Positions 27,953 to 38,934 of a stretch of 64,000 nucleotides of DNA are shown here, in pieces. The notes under the pieces were generated by a model. That model worked only from the letters and a program-made list of their open reading frames with translations. It had not been told where the DNA came from and did not search any database. Location of the stretch: IMG/VR virus record IMGVR_UViG_3300025849_000012. One strand, 5' to 3'. Both the position numbers and the translations under genes were made by a program. Within the stretch, counting starts at the first letter, position 1. Each line of letters begins with the position of its first letter. The stretch comes from an uncultured virus (IMG/VR IMGVR_UViG_3300025849_000012) (taxonomy: Duplodnaviria; Heunggongvirae; Uroviricota; Caudoviricetes).

Positions 27953-30520
27953 ATGCAAAAAGAATGGATTGTTACACTTCATAATAAAGAGGATTTAAAT
28001 TCCTTTTACGATGACATGGAAAATGAAGGTGGAGCGTTGTACATTCCGGGTCGAGCAGTACCCGTTGTTGATAGAAGAAACATAAGTCGCAATACTCATT
28101 ATATGTTAACCAATGAAGAAGCGAAAGAATTAAAAAACGATCCTAGAGTCTGGGGCTGTGACTTAGTAGAATTAATTGATTTGACTACCAAACCTCAAGG
28201 ATGGTCAGTCGTTAATCAAAAGTTTTCAAAAGATTGGAATACAGACGCAACAGATTTTAACTGGGGTTTACTTAGACATTCTGAAGCCGCAAATAGAAGT
28301 AACTGGGGAGATAATGGGGTTGCAAATATAAACTCTGATTTAACCGTAACTGCATCAGGTAAAAATGTTGATGTTGTTATCGTTGATGGACATATTGACC
28401 CAGCACATCCAGAATTTGCAGCAATTGGAACTGAGACAGATTATTCAAATGGTGCACTTATAAGTGACTCATCTAATGGAGCAGTATTTGATAGACAAAT
28501 AACAGCTCGTGGTTTAAAGATGGTTGTTGCGGGCGCAGTTGGAGGTCAAACCGCAGTACCTGATATGTGGGCAGAAAAAACTGCCAAAATGGTAACATTG
28601 TTAATTGATCCAACATATCCTCTTATTAATGTAGACCATCAAATCAATTTAATTAAAACATTACAAGGCGCTACAGGAACTATACACGCAGGACTTCCTG
28701 CCGTTCAAAGAATTGCATACGGTGGTGGTTCTGAATATAGTCCAAACTTTTTAACAGACGCAGGCGCTGCACAGTATGCAGGATACGTAGATTTTTTAGA
28801 TAACCACGTACATAACGATATGGTTTGGTATGCTAATATTAGCGGGCCAAGCCCGTCGGTTGGTGATAGAGATATTGAAGAACTTGTAGAACATCTTATG
28901 CACACAATACATTTGTTTGGTATTATGGGTGCGGTGCCGGGATCTGAAACAGCTGTGAATTGGTTAGCAACTAATAATGTTAATTGGCAAACAACAGAAT
29001 TGCACCTTGCTATGAAAGAAGCTATTGATGGCGGATTTTTTGATCCGTCTGGTTATGCATCCGATTGGGCAACAGTGGATGAGGCAGCTGAGGTAGCTTA
29101 TAAAGAATATATGTATTTGATGAACTGGTCAATGTGGGATATGAGTACTTTTTGGGATGGCGGATCACTGTCACCGGAATGGTCTGACTCAGTAAAAACT
29201 CCATCTGGAATGTTAACTAATAATCCGAAAGGGTACGCCCTATTTAAATCATATTTTGAACCAGTGTTAAGTAAACCAGACTTTGTTGTTTTAAGAGATA
29301 TTTTTAGGGATAATGATAACGGTCCTTCATATTATACACCAGCAGCAAACGGTGCTTCAAGAATTAATCAATTTAATTGGTTTTCGTTAACAAGTGCTTT
29401 AGGATTTGGATCAAATGGTACATATACATATAATCGTTCAGGTTCATATACAAACGTAGCGGATGAAGCTGATAATAATCATGGCTGCCATTGTGGTGGA
29501 ACTGTAGCAGGGAATACTCAAGGTTGGGCACGTTCAGCAACAGTTTATAACATTAGTCCATATGGTTCAAACCCAAATAGTTTATCAAGTACAAGGATGT
29601 GGGATTACATTAGAGAATGGCATAATACAAAAGCCATTAACCCTACAACTGGTAGACGCAATCCTACTATTACAAACAATAGTTATGGTAGTTCTATACC
29701 TGTTGGTTCAGCTGAAGATAATTTTGGTAACATTACAAGTATTACATATAGGGGTACAGAGTTTAGCCCAGGACGAGATTTAACTACAACTGAATTAAGA
29801 GCTCGTGGTTGTTATGCTCCATCTTTAGAAATGGATATCCCAAATTGGTTTACTTCACGCCAAGCTGATATGCAAGACGCAATAGATGACGGAATTATTA
29901 TTGTAGCATCGGCAGGTAATGATAGTTGGAAAACTGTTAACGAATCAGACCAAGATTGGAATAATACATACGAAGTACAATATTATGGATTTGACCAAAC
30001 ATATTATCTTAACCGCGGTACAGGTTCCGGTGCTGGGTTTAATCCGGTTATTAACGTTGGAGCTACATCAAATAATGTTAATGAAGTTAAAGCAACGTTT
30101 AGTAACTGCGGTAACCAAGTTGATATTTACGCAGCCGGCGAAGCCATTCAAAGTAGTTTGCACTCAGGTGGTGTAAACGATGCTAGAAATAGTAGTTATC
30201 AATTAGGTAAGTATCAAGGAACAAGTATGTCAGGCCCACAAGTGGCAGGTGTTGTTGCTTTGCTTGCAGAGTCTTGGCCTAACCTAACTCAGGAAGAGGC
30301 AGAGGATTGGTTACTTAATAACGCAACCATGAATGTCATGTATGACTCTGGTACAGACGATGCGTACGATAGAAATAGTTTACAAGGCGCGGCAAATAAA
30401 TATCTAAGATGGTATAATCAACGACCAATAGACGGAAACACACTTCCAAAGCAAAATTTTAAAACAAGACCTGCATCTGGGAAAGTTTACCCACGACCTA
30501 ATATACGTAGAAGAGGTTAG
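27953..30520 (+). CDS. subtilisin-like S8 serine protease with a large inserted domain
   Basis: Triad VIVDG (D145), NHGCHCGG (H510), GTSMSGP (S758); oxyanion SAGND; propeptide-like N-terminus. Confidence 0.85.
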   Translation: MQKEWIVTLHNKEDLNSFYDDMENEGGALYIPGRAVPVVDRRNISRNTHYMLTNEEAKELKNDPRVWGCDLVELIDLTTKPQGWSVVNQKFSKDWNTDATDFNWGLLRHSEAANRSNWGDNGVANINSDLTVTASGKNVDVVIVDGHIDPAHPEFAAIGTETDYSNGALISDSSNGAVFDRQITARGLKMVVAGAVGGQTAVPDMWAEKTAKMVTLLIDPTYPLINVDHQINLIKTLQGATGTIHAGLPAVQRIAYGGGSEYSPNFLTDAGAAQYAGYVDFLDNHVHNDMVWYANISGPSPSVGDRDIEELVEHLMHTIHLFGIMGAVPGSETAVNWLATNNVNWQTTELHLAMKEAIDGGFFDPSGYASDWATVDEAAEVAYKEYMYLMNWSMWDMSTFWDGGSLSPEWSDSVKTPSGMLTNNPKGYALFKSYFEPVLSKPDFVVLRDIFRDNDNGPSYYTPAANGASRINQFNWFSLTSALGFGSNGTYTYNRSGSYTNVADEADNNHGCHCGGTVAGNTQGWARSATVYNISPYGSNPNSLSSTRMWDYIREWHNTKAINPTTGRRNPTITNNSYGSSIPVGSAEDNFGNITSITYRGTEFSPGRDLTTTELRARGCYAPSLEMDIPNWFTSRQADMQDAIDDGIIIVASAGNDSWKTVNESDQDWNNTYEVQYYGFDQTYYLNRGTGSGAGFNPVINVGATSNNVNEVKATFSNCGNQVDIYAAGEAIQSSLHSGGVNDARNSSYQLGKYQGTSMSGPQVAGVVALLAESWPNLTQEEAEDWLLNNATMNVMYDSGTDDAYDRNSLQGAANKYLRWYNQRPIDGNTLPKQNFKTRPASGKVYPRPNIRRRG

Positions 30521-30529
30521 GAAAATGTT

Positions 30530-30537
30530 TATAAATA
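30530..30537 (+). promoter_or_regulatory. T4-type late promoter
   Basis: TATAAATA upstream of gp8. Confidence 0.7.
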
Positions 30538-30561
30538 TTACAAAGAGGCAGGCTAGGTGAC

Positions 30562-32199
30562 ATGGCAGAAGTACTTACTACAAAATTAAAAAATGATACA
30601 ACTAGAATGTTTATGGAAGACATTCAGAACAATGACTTTTATGTATTCGTTTCTTCTGTTACGACAGATACACGCCAAAGTGCGACCAATGCACAGTATA
30701 GTAAAAATGAGTTTTTAGAAAATACTGTATTTGGTAAAAAGGTTCTTGGATCTGATACTAAGTTTATGATTAAATATCATCCTTGGCAGAAAGACGCTAC
30801 TTATGTTCAATACGATGATAGGATTGACTTAGATGGCGAAAAGTTTTATGCCGTAGTAGGACCAAACGATAACGACACTGGTGACTATCGAGTATTTAAA
30901 TGTTTATATAACAATAACGGCGGGGCTTCATCTGCTCCACCAAATTGGAATGCATTTACAACAGACCAAATATATAGAACAGCTGATAAATACGTATGGA
31001 AATTTATGTATGCTATTGAATCAAATGAGTTTGAAGCATATAACGCGATTGGTTATATCCCTTTACCAGTTGAATTTGATGTAAATCCAGACCCATATGC
31101 AAATACATCTGCTATTGTATATGGCTCAGAATTATCAGACATCTTTATTCAAAACCCAGTTGATAACAATGGTTATCCTTCATTAGATGGATTTTTAGCA
31201 GCGTCACCTTCAAACTCTGGTGATATGTTATTAAGAGCTGCTGGTATTAACCAAATTCAAAATTTTTATTCAGGTATGACAATATATGCTACTAATCCAG
31301 ACGGCGTATCCTACCTATATACAATTGATACATATGCATATGAGCCAGACACAGGACTTGGAAGAATAAGAGTTGTAGGTACACCTCGAGCTGACGGCGT
31401 TTCAAATATCGCAACATTTTCAATTATTCCAACCGTTGAATTACAAGGAGACGGTAGTGGCTGTATTGCTAAGACAGAAGTAGTTAACGGACAAATTACA
31501 AATATTGTTATCCTTGACCCAGGAAGTGGTTATACTAATTTAACTGCATCGGTCAAAGATCCTGAGTTTGACTTTGCTCCAGAAGATCCTAACTCTGTTG
31601 ATGTTAGGGTAGAATTAAGACCAGTTCTTTCACCATTCGGCGGCCATGGTTATAACTTCATTGATGAATTATATTGTAGCCATATTCTTTTATATGGATA
31701 TATTACAGAAACTGATAATAACCAAATCGGTTCAGAAGGAAGTTACTCTAATATCGGTATTGTTAAAAATCCAGAATTTGTAAGTGCTTCAGCCAATACA
31801 GCAAATACGCCAGACGTATTTGATAATAGAATTAAAATTGTAACAGAAGACATCTTATATGCTATTGAAGGTGACGTTGTTACTCAATTAGACTCATCAA
31901 ATAAAATTACATTTACTGGTAAAATACACGAGGTTGATGATACAGCTAACACAGCGTATATTTCAAACTATATGGGTCCATTTGCTAACCAATCAAATAA
32001 CGATATATCATTTGATCCAACTGCCGCAATTGTTAATTCTACGGGTCAAAGAATTATAATAAATAGTCCACAAGCTAATAATACGATAGAATCAGATTAC
32101 ATCCAAAGAAGTGGGCAAGTATACTTCATGGAAGATTTTGTTCCTCTCGTTCGTACAAGAACCTCACGGGAAGAATACAAATTAGTATTAGAATTTTAA
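30562..32199 (+). CDS. gp8: baseplate wedge subunit
   Basis: YRVFKCLYNN, DKYVWKFMY, SPFGGHG, SGQVYFMED, EEYKLVLEF. Confidence 0.82.
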   Translation: MAEVLTTKLKNDTTRMFMEDIQNNDFYVFVSSVTTDTRQSATNAQYSKNEFLENTVFGKKVLGSDTKFMIKYHPWQKDATYVQYDDRIDLDGEKFYAVVGPNDNDTGDYRVFKCLYNNNGGASSAPPNWNAFTTDQIYRTADKYVWKFMYAIESNEFEAYNAIGYIPLPVEFDVNPDPYANTSAIVYGSELSDIFIQNPVDNNGYPSLDGFLAASPSNSGDMLLRAAGINQIQNFYSGMTIYATNPDGVSYLYTIDTYAYEPDTGLGRIRVVGTPRADGVSNIATFSIIPTVELQGDGSGCIAKTEVVNGQITNIVILDPGSGYTNLTASVKDPEFDFAPEDPNSVDVRVELRPVLSPFGGHGYNFIDELYCSHILLYGYITETDNNQIGSEGSYSNIGIVKNPEFVSASANTANTPDVFDNRIKIVTEDILYAIEGDVVTQLDSSNKITFTGKIHEVDDTANTAYISNYMGPFANQSNNDISFDPTAAIVNSTGQRIIINSPQANNTIESDYIQRSGQVYFMEDFVPLVRTRTSREEYKLVLEF

Positions 32200-32212
32200 G
32201 GAAACATGATAG

Positions 32213-35200
32213 ATGCCTATTAATAAAAATTTAAATATTGCTCCATATTTTGACGATTTTAATATAGAGAAGCAGTTTTATAAAATTCTGTTTAAACCTG
32301 CTTACGCTGTCCAAGCTAGAGAGCTTACTCAGTTACAAACCATTCTTCAAAATCAAGTTGAGCAATTTGGCGATAATATTTACCAAGAAGGTAGCATCGT
32401 CAAAGGGTGTAACTTTACAAGCTTAGATGGATTACAATATGTTAAATTAACAAACTCAATCCCAGATCCTGAGGCGTATATTCCTGTTATCCAAGATGAA
32501 GTAATTAGTGGAACTACAAAGTCTATTGAAACTAAATATGAAATCGTTGGAGACAACACTGGATTGGTAGCTTCAATTATATCTGCTGCCCGAGGTTTTG
32601 AAACACGTCCACCAAATCTTAATACATTTTTTATTAATTACTTAAATACAAACGCGTCAGATGTTAAACAATTTGAAGGCGGTGAGGCTTTACAAATCAA
32701 TAAGTATCGTTATGACGGTTCAACTCTTATTGAAACTCAGCTCAATGTGGCAACAGCACAGGTAACTAATTTACCTGACTCGACTGGTGAATCATTTGGT
32801 ATTCAAGCCGCGGCTGGTGTTATATTCCAAAAAGGTCATTTCTTATTCGCCGCTGACCAAACTCTTATCGTAGCTCCATATACTAATTTACCTGATGACT
32901 TATCAGTTGGTTACGCAGTTACTGAATCAATAATAAGCTCATTACAAGATACAAGTCTATTCGATAATGCAAACGGTTCAGAAAACGAAAACGCGCCAGG
33001 TGCCGATAGATTTAAAATGGTTCCAACATTAAGTGTTAAGTCAACTGCTGTTGCTGATATTGATGCAGGGTTCTTTACATTAATCAGATACCAAAATGGA
33101 TCAGCGGTCACACTCAGAGACGTTGCACAGTTTAATTCTATTAATGAAGAATTAGCTAAACGTACATATGAAACAAATGGCGATTATATCGTCGATGATT
33201 TTAAAGTATTAGTAGAGCGAAGAGGATCAGATCTGACGGCGTTAGTTGGAAAAGGTTCAGCTTATATCAAAGGTTATAAAGTTGAAAACAAAGGTTTCCA
33301 AGATACTGTAATTTCTGATGTATCAACTTCTACCTTACAGACTAATGAGTCAACATCTCTTAATTATGGATCATATGTTGACGTTACAACTATTGCTGGT
33401 ACTATCGGATTAAATTACGAAACATTAGAATTACAACGAGCAAACGGTACAAAAATTGGTGAGGCCTTTGCTAAAAATATTACTCCTACAAGACTATACT
33501 TATTTGGAGTTAAACTATTATACCCATCATATTCATTTGCCGATGTTGTAAAAATAGTTGGCACAGCTGGTGAAATTACGATACCAGTAGGTTCACAAAT
33601 CAAAGGTACAAATGATGCACCAATGATATTTGATACGGGCTCAAGAAGCATTAAGGCATTAACTGATTTGGTTATTCCTATTCGCACTCTTGCAACTAGC
33701 GTATCAGTTTCAGGTAATGAAATAGTTATTAACGCGGCAAACGGAAACGAAGACTTTGCGGTTGACCAAAGTGATATAGTTGTTGTAGACGCATCTAATA
33801 CTCGTATCAATGTTTTAAATTCAGTAACATCATTAAATAATTCAGTTCTTACAATTAGTTTAGACCCTGCAGATAATTCAGATCCTGTAGCAGACGTTTA
33901 CTATAATAAAAGAATATTTAATAATACAGATGTAACAGCATATAATAAATCATTAGTTAATCCATATATTAAATTTACATATGCTACTAATAAATCTCAA
34001 TATAGTTTAGGTTTCCCTGATGTATATAGTATTACAAGTATTGAAGACGTTAATGGCGATGACTATACTGATAGCTTTAGATTAAATACAAACCAAAAAG
34101 ATAATTTTTATGACATATCATTTATAGAACTTATCCCAGGTCGACCAGTACCAGCAGCAGGTACATGTACAGTACGACTCAAGGTATTTAAAATTAGTGG
34201 TTCTCAAACCGGTTCAAATTTCTTTACTGTTGCAAGTTATCCAATTGATGATGCAACAGCAATTTTACCTTCTGAAAAAATACGAACATCAGACATGGGT
34301 ATATTTAAATCAACCACAGGCACAACATATAGGCTCAGAGAGTGTATTGACTTTAGACCATATGCTGACCTTGGAGCAGGCGCAAGTTACACAGCGTTGA
34401 CACCAGGCGCCGCCTCAGTTATTTCTGCTAATGTTGGGGCTTCACAGCCAACCTTTAGTGCCAATGATTACGTTATACCACAAATTAATGGTGATGTATC
34501 ATCTAATGTTGAAACTTGGAACTCTCGTATTGATGCAATTATTATTGACTCATATGGTAAAGTTACCACCGTTCAAGGTAAGGAAGAAACATTCCCTTCA
34601 CCTCCAAAGGTTGGTTCGGACCAATTCCTAGTTGCTCATATTACAATTCCAGGATATCCAGCATTATCACCAGCAGAAGCGCTTAATCAAAGTAAATCAT
34701 ATTATGCGGTAACATCTAAACCAGCTGGTACAAAAACATACACTATGGATGATATTTCAGATGTTGAAAAACGAGTAGAAAATTTAGAGTATTATGTTAG
34801 CTTAAGTCAGCTTGAACAAGAAACTCAAAATATGAATATCGTTGACGAAAATGGTTTAACAAGGTTTAAAAATGGTATCCTAGTAGATCCATTTAATGAT
34901 ACTAATATTTCTAATTTGGAAAACCCTAACTTTAATGCGGCAATTAGAGGTGATACAAAAACTCTTACTCCTGCGTTAAGAACATTCCCATTAGACTTAA
35001 AATATAAATCAACTTCATCGGCGTCAATATTCCCAACAACGAATGATGCAGATGTAGCTTCTATTGTAAGAAACGATAATAAGACTGTGTTGTCACAAAC
35101 ATATGCCACCAACTTTAGAAACTGTGTATCAAACTATTGGTCATATGACGGTGTTGGTCAATTATCACCAGACCACGATATGGCTCACGATGTAGAAACT

Positions 35201-37573
35201 AATCCAATGAGATTAGACATTGATATAGCCACACCATTTAATAACTTTGTTGATGATTTACAAGCATTCATTCCAATGACTCGTGATGTAGTCACAGGTA
35301 CAAATAGAATACGTAGAAATATTAGAAATAATATTTGGCAAGATATTACATCAACTACAACAACGAATACGTCTCTTAGTACTGGATCATCTCAACAAAA
35401 TACTGCGGTCGGTGATTTTGTATCTGATATTCAATTTGAACCGTACATGAGAGCAAGAGACCTTAAAATTTATATGTCAGGTTTACGTCCTAACACTCAA
35501 CATTATTTCTTCTTTGATAAAGTTAAGGTAGATAATAAAGTACGTCCTGGAACTACCGAGGCAACAAGAGCAAGAGATGTTGAGAAATTTGGCGAACTAA
35601 ATGCTCCAGTTACTACCGATGCTAATGGTGTATTAAGAGCCGTGTTTGAATTACCGTCAGGTACATTCTTTGTTGGTGAAAGACAATTAACGGTAGTTGA
35701 TGTTGATACATATAGTAACATTGACTCTGCAAAAACATCACGTGGAGATTTATCATATAATGCATATAACATTAATATTGATAAAGTTAGTTTAACATCA
35801 TCAGTAAGAATGCCTGAAACTTCAATTATACGATCGTCAACCACTCGAACAGTTGTTGGTAGACCATTTGCAATTGACCCTCTTGCTCAAACATTCTTTA
35901 TTAAAGAAGGAATGGGTAAAGGAGCAACGTCAATATTTGCATCAAAGGTTGACTTATTCTTTAAACGTAAGAGTGATACTAACGGTGTAACTGTTATGTT
36001 ACGTGAGGTTATCAATGGGTATCCTTCACCAGTTATTATACCATTTACTAAAACTCATTTAGACTCATCTGATGTTAATGTTTCAGATGACGCGTCATTG
36101 GTAACATCGATTAACTTTGCAGTTCCAATACGTTTAGATGTCGAAAAAGAATATGCAATCGTTATTCAGCCTGATGCAAACGATCCTAATTATTTAGCGT
36201 TTACATCTAAGGTTGGTGGTGTTGATTTAACTCCGGGAGCAACAAACGGTCAAGCGGTTGTACAAGACTGGGGTGATGGTGTTCTCTTTACATCAACAAA
36301 CAACAGAGCTTGGAAATCAGTACAAGATGAAGATTTAAAATTTACTTTATATCGTCACCAGTTTAGCGCATCCTCAGGTGAGGTTACTCTAACAAATAAC
36401 AATCACGAGTTCCTTACTCTTTCAGATTGGACTGGCCGATTTATTCAAGGTGAAGAAGTTTATCAAAGCTTAGCATTTTCTGGATCAACCACAAATAATA
36501 TAACAATGGTTAATGGCACAGCAGAAATTAATGGTACTTCACTCAGTGATACCTTTGCCGCAGGTGATAAAATCTTAATTACCAATTCAGGTGGATCAAC
36601 ATCGGAAATATTTACAATTGCAAGTGTTGATAGCGCAACCCTTATGACTACAACTAAACCAGTATCATTCGAAGTAGGCGCTGGTACTTGTCTACCAATT
36701 GTTTCAGGTCAAATCTCTTATTATAATGGATTTAATAGATCGGTAATGCATTTACAAGATAGTTCGGCTACATCAGCAAAACAGTTTAGTGCAAGCGGTA
36801 CTATTACTGGTAACAGAAGTGGTATTACAGGTACTATCGGATCAGTTGACAATATTAACCTAAGTTATATACAACCATTGATTAACAAATCAAGTGATAG
36901 TGGAACAACTGTTTCATTAAAAGGTACATTTGTTCCAACGGCTAACGTATTAAATACATATGACAAACCTATGAAATTTGGTTCTTCAAATTACTTTGCT
37001 GAAGACGGAGTTGTGGTTTATTCTAAATCAAACGATCCATCTGATGTAAAACCTTTTGAGTTTAAATTAAATATGACAAACGGTTCTAGCGATACAACAT
37101 CACCAATCATTGATTTGGAAACAGCTAACATAATGGCATACCAATGGTTAGTAACAAATAATTCTGATACAACATCAAGGTATATATCTAAAACAGTAGA
37201 ACTTGCTGAAGACTTGGATGCTGAAGATATTAATGTTATCTTAACTGCTAATCGTCCGACTGGTACTGATATTAAAGTTTATATTCGTCCACAAAATGTA
37301 TATGACGCTGCAGCGTTTGATACAATTCCTTGGATTGAATTAGAATTATACAAAGGCATTAACATGTTTACTGCCGCAAACCAAACTGATTACAGAGAAT
37401 ATTATTGGAAATTACCTGAGGCTAATAAAGACTCTGCTGGTTCTCTTGTTTATACAAGTACCGGTGGAACTCATGTTGGTTACAGAAAATACTCAATTAA
37501 GATTGAAATGATTTCAAATAGTGTTTCCAAGACTTCATCAGTCCGAGATATGAGAGCGATAGCCTTAACATAA
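32213..37573 (+). CDS. large virion structural protein (DUF4815/VrlC-like)
   Basis: NIAPYFDDF, ILFKP..AVQARELTQLQTILQNQ, NAPGADR, LAKRTYETNGDY, RFKNGILVDPF, DPLAQTF. Confidence 0.78.
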   Translation: MPINKNLNIAPYFDDFNIEKQFYKILFKPAYAVQARELTQLQTILQNQVEQFGDNIYQEGSIVKGCNFTSLDGLQYVKLTNSIPDPEAYIPVIQDEVISGTTKSIETKYEIVGDNTGLVASIISAARGFETRPPNLNTFFINYLNTNASDVKQFEGGEALQINKYRYDGSTLIETQLNVATAQVTNLPDSTGESFGIQAAAGVIFQKGHFLFAADQTLIVAPYTNLPDDLSVGYAVTESIISSLQDTSLFDNANGSENENAPGADRFKMVPTLSVKSTAVADIDAGFFTLIRYQNGSAVTLRDVAQFNSINEELAKRTYETNGDYIVDDFKVLVERRGSDLTALVGKGSAYIKGYKVENKGFQDTVISDVSTSTLQTNESTSLNYGSYVDVTTIAGTIGLNYETLELQRANGTKIGEAFAKNITPTRLYLFGVKLLYPSYSFADVVKIVGTAGEITIPVGSQIKGTNDAPMIFDTGSRSIKALTDLVIPIRTLATSVSVSGNEIVINAANGNEDFAVDQSDIVVVDASNTRINVLNSVTSLNNSVLTISLDPADNSDPVADVYYNKRIFNNTDVTAYNKSLVNPYIKFTYATNKSQYSLGFPDVYSITSIEDVNGDDYTDSFRLNTNQKDNFYDISFIELIPGRPVPAAGTCTVRLKVFKISGSQTGSNFFTVASYPIDDATAILPSEKIRTSDMGIFKSTTGTTYRLRECIDFRPYADLGAGASYTALTPGAASVISANVGASQPTFSANDYVIPQINGDVSSNVETWNSRIDAIIIDSYGKVTTVQGKEETFPSPPKVGSDQFLVAHITIPGYPALSPAEALNQSKSYYAVTSKPAGTKTYTMDDISDVEKRVENLEYYVSLSQLEQETQNMNIVDENGLTRFKNGILVDPFNDTNISNLENPNFNAAIRGDTKTLTPALRTFPLDLKYKSTSSASIFPTTNDADVASIVRNDNKTVLSQTYATNFRNCVSNYWSYDGVGQLSPDHDMAHDVETNPMRLDIDIATPFNNFVDDLQAFIPMTRDVVTGTNRIRRNIRNNIWQDITSTTTTNTSLSTGSSQQNTAVGDFVSDIQFEPYMRARDLKIYMSGLRPNTQHYFFFDKVKVDNKVRPGTTEATRARDVEKFGELNAPVTTDANGVLRAVFELPSGTFFVGERQLTVVDVDTYSNIDSAKTSRGDLSYNAYNINIDKVSLTSSVRMPETSIIRSSTTRTVVGRPFAIDPLAQTFFIKEGMGKGATSIFASKVDLFFKRKSDTNGVTVMLREVINGYPSPVIIPFTKTHLDSSDVNVSDDASLVTSINFAVPIRLDVEKEYAIVIQPDANDPNYLAFTSKVGGVDLTPGATNGQAVVQDWGDGVLFTSTNNRAWKSVQDEDLKFTLYRHQFSASSGEVTLTNNNHEFLTLSDWTGRFIQGEEVYQSLAFSGSTTNNITMVNGTAEINGTSLSDTFAAGDKILITNSGGSTSEIFTIASVDSATLMTTTKPVSFEVGAGTCLPIVSGQISYYNGFNRSVMHLQDSSATSAKQFSASGTITGNRSGITGTIGSVDNINLSYIQPLINKSSDSGTTVSLKGTFVPTANVLNTYDKPMKFGSSNYFAEDGVVVYSKSNDPSDVKPFEFKLNMTNGSSDTTSPIIDLETANIMAYQWLVTNNSDTTSRYISKTVELAEDLDAEDINVILTANRPTGTDIKVYIRPQNVYDAAAFDTIPWIELELYKGINMFTAANQTDYREYYWKLPEANKDSAGSLVYTSTGGTHVGYRKYSIKIEMISNSVSKTSSVRDMRAIALT

Positions 37574-37755
37574 TGACAAATGTAATCCGTCACCCATCTT
37601 CAAAAGCAGTATTGAGTACAGACGCAGCTGCTTTAAATAAATATAAACAAGAAAGAGCTTTACACCGTAAACTTACCAGATTAGGTAATGAAGTTCAGGA
37701 AATTAAAGAATTATTATCGACCGTATGCGATAGATTAGATCAGATAGAGAAGTAG
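37573..37755 (+). CDS. small coiled-coil hypothetical protein
   Basis: TAATG-coupled; 60 aa ending in EVQEIKELL. Confidence 0.65.
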   Translation: MTNVIRHPSSKAVLSTDAAALNKYKQERALHRKLTRLGNEVQEIKELLSTVCDRLDQIEK

Positions 37756-37761
37756 AGTTAA

Positions 37762-38931
37762 ATGGCAAAACCAAATATTCAAAACATTACAACGACTCAA
37801 ACATTTCAGAACTGGTTTGATAAGACCAACGAAATGGTTGATATTATGCGTGAACAAACCGTCACGGCAAGTGTTCTTGGTGATACAACCACAGGAAACG
37901 TAAATATAGCCGGCGAGCTTCAAGCCAATACTGTGTTGGCTGACACGTTACTTAGAACAGATTCAATTACAGCTTTTACCGCGAGTTCTCCGGTAACATT
38001 TAATTCACCAATAAGTGTTACTGGTGCAAGCAATCAAGTGGTTGCTACATTTGCATACGGCGCAGGTGGTGGTAGAACTAGATATACTGATAATGTAATA
38101 TCTTGGGATATAGGTATTGATAATTCAACTAATGCCAACTTCATTATTAATACAGGTACAGGTACTCCAAAATTATCTTTATCACCAGCAGGTACGTTAA
38201 GTGTACTCAATTTTAGCGTAGAAGAAAATATGACAATTGCTGGTGATTTAACTGTTAATGATGTTACTGGTATTGAAATGACTGCCAACACTGTTACTGC
38301 TAACGTATTTGTTGGTGGAAACTTCGAAGGTAAACTTATCGGTGATGTATATAAAGTAAACGATGGTATAGCAAACAAAGTACTCGAAAGCGGCCAAGCT
38401 GGTATCCCTGCTCAGTTTACAGGTAACGTACTAGGTACGGTATCTGATTTATCAAATCATAATACTAATGCTTTGACTGAAGGTTCTAATAATTTATATT
38501 ATACTTCGGCAAGAGTATTAGGAGAATTTTCTGCTAGTACTGGCGTATCAATTTCTGATCAAGGTGCAATAAGCATTGGTCAAATTGTTGGCACAAGTTC
38601 AAATGTACAATTTGGATCAGTATTTTCAACCGGTGAGGTTACTGCCTTTGGTACCGTTTCTGATATAAGACAAAAAGAAAATATTAAACCAATTGATAAC
38701 GCATTAGATAAAGTTTCACAGCTCGGCGGATATACATTTAACTATAAATCAAAGCCAGAAGAACCAATGACTGGTGTAATGGCACAAGAACTTATGGAAG
38801 TTTTACCTGAAGCTGTTTACGAAACAACAGACCCAGATACTGGCGAGGCCATATACGCGGTCAGGCATGGTAACGTAATTGGTTTGTTAATTGAAGCTAT
38901 CAAGGAATTGAACGAAAAAGTAGGAAAGTAA
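37762..38931 (+). CDS. tail fibre with a C-terminal intramolecular chaperone (peptidase S74)
   Basis: TFQNWFDKTN N-terminus; SDIRQKENI..ALDKV...GVMAQE...LLIEAIKEL. Confidence 0.8.
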   Translation: MAKPNIQNITTTQTFQNWFDKTNEMVDIMREQTVTASVLGDTTTGNVNIAGELQANTVLADTLLRTDSITAFTASSPVTFNSPISVTGASNQVVATFAYGAGGGRTRYTDNVISWDIGIDNSTNANFIINTGTGTPKLSLSPAGTLSVLNFSVEENMTIAGDLTVNDVTGIEMTANTVTANVFVGGNFEGKLIGDVYKVNDGIANKVLESGQAGIPAQFTGNVLGTVSDLSNHNTNALTEGSNNLYYTSARVLGEFSASTGVSISDQGAISIGQIVGTSSNVQFGSVFSTGEVTAFGTVSDIRQKENIKPIDNALDKVSQLGGYTFNYKSKPEEPMTGVMAQELMEVLPEAVYETTDPDTGEAIYAVRHGNVIGLLIEAIKELNEKVGK

Positions 38932-38934
38932 GCT

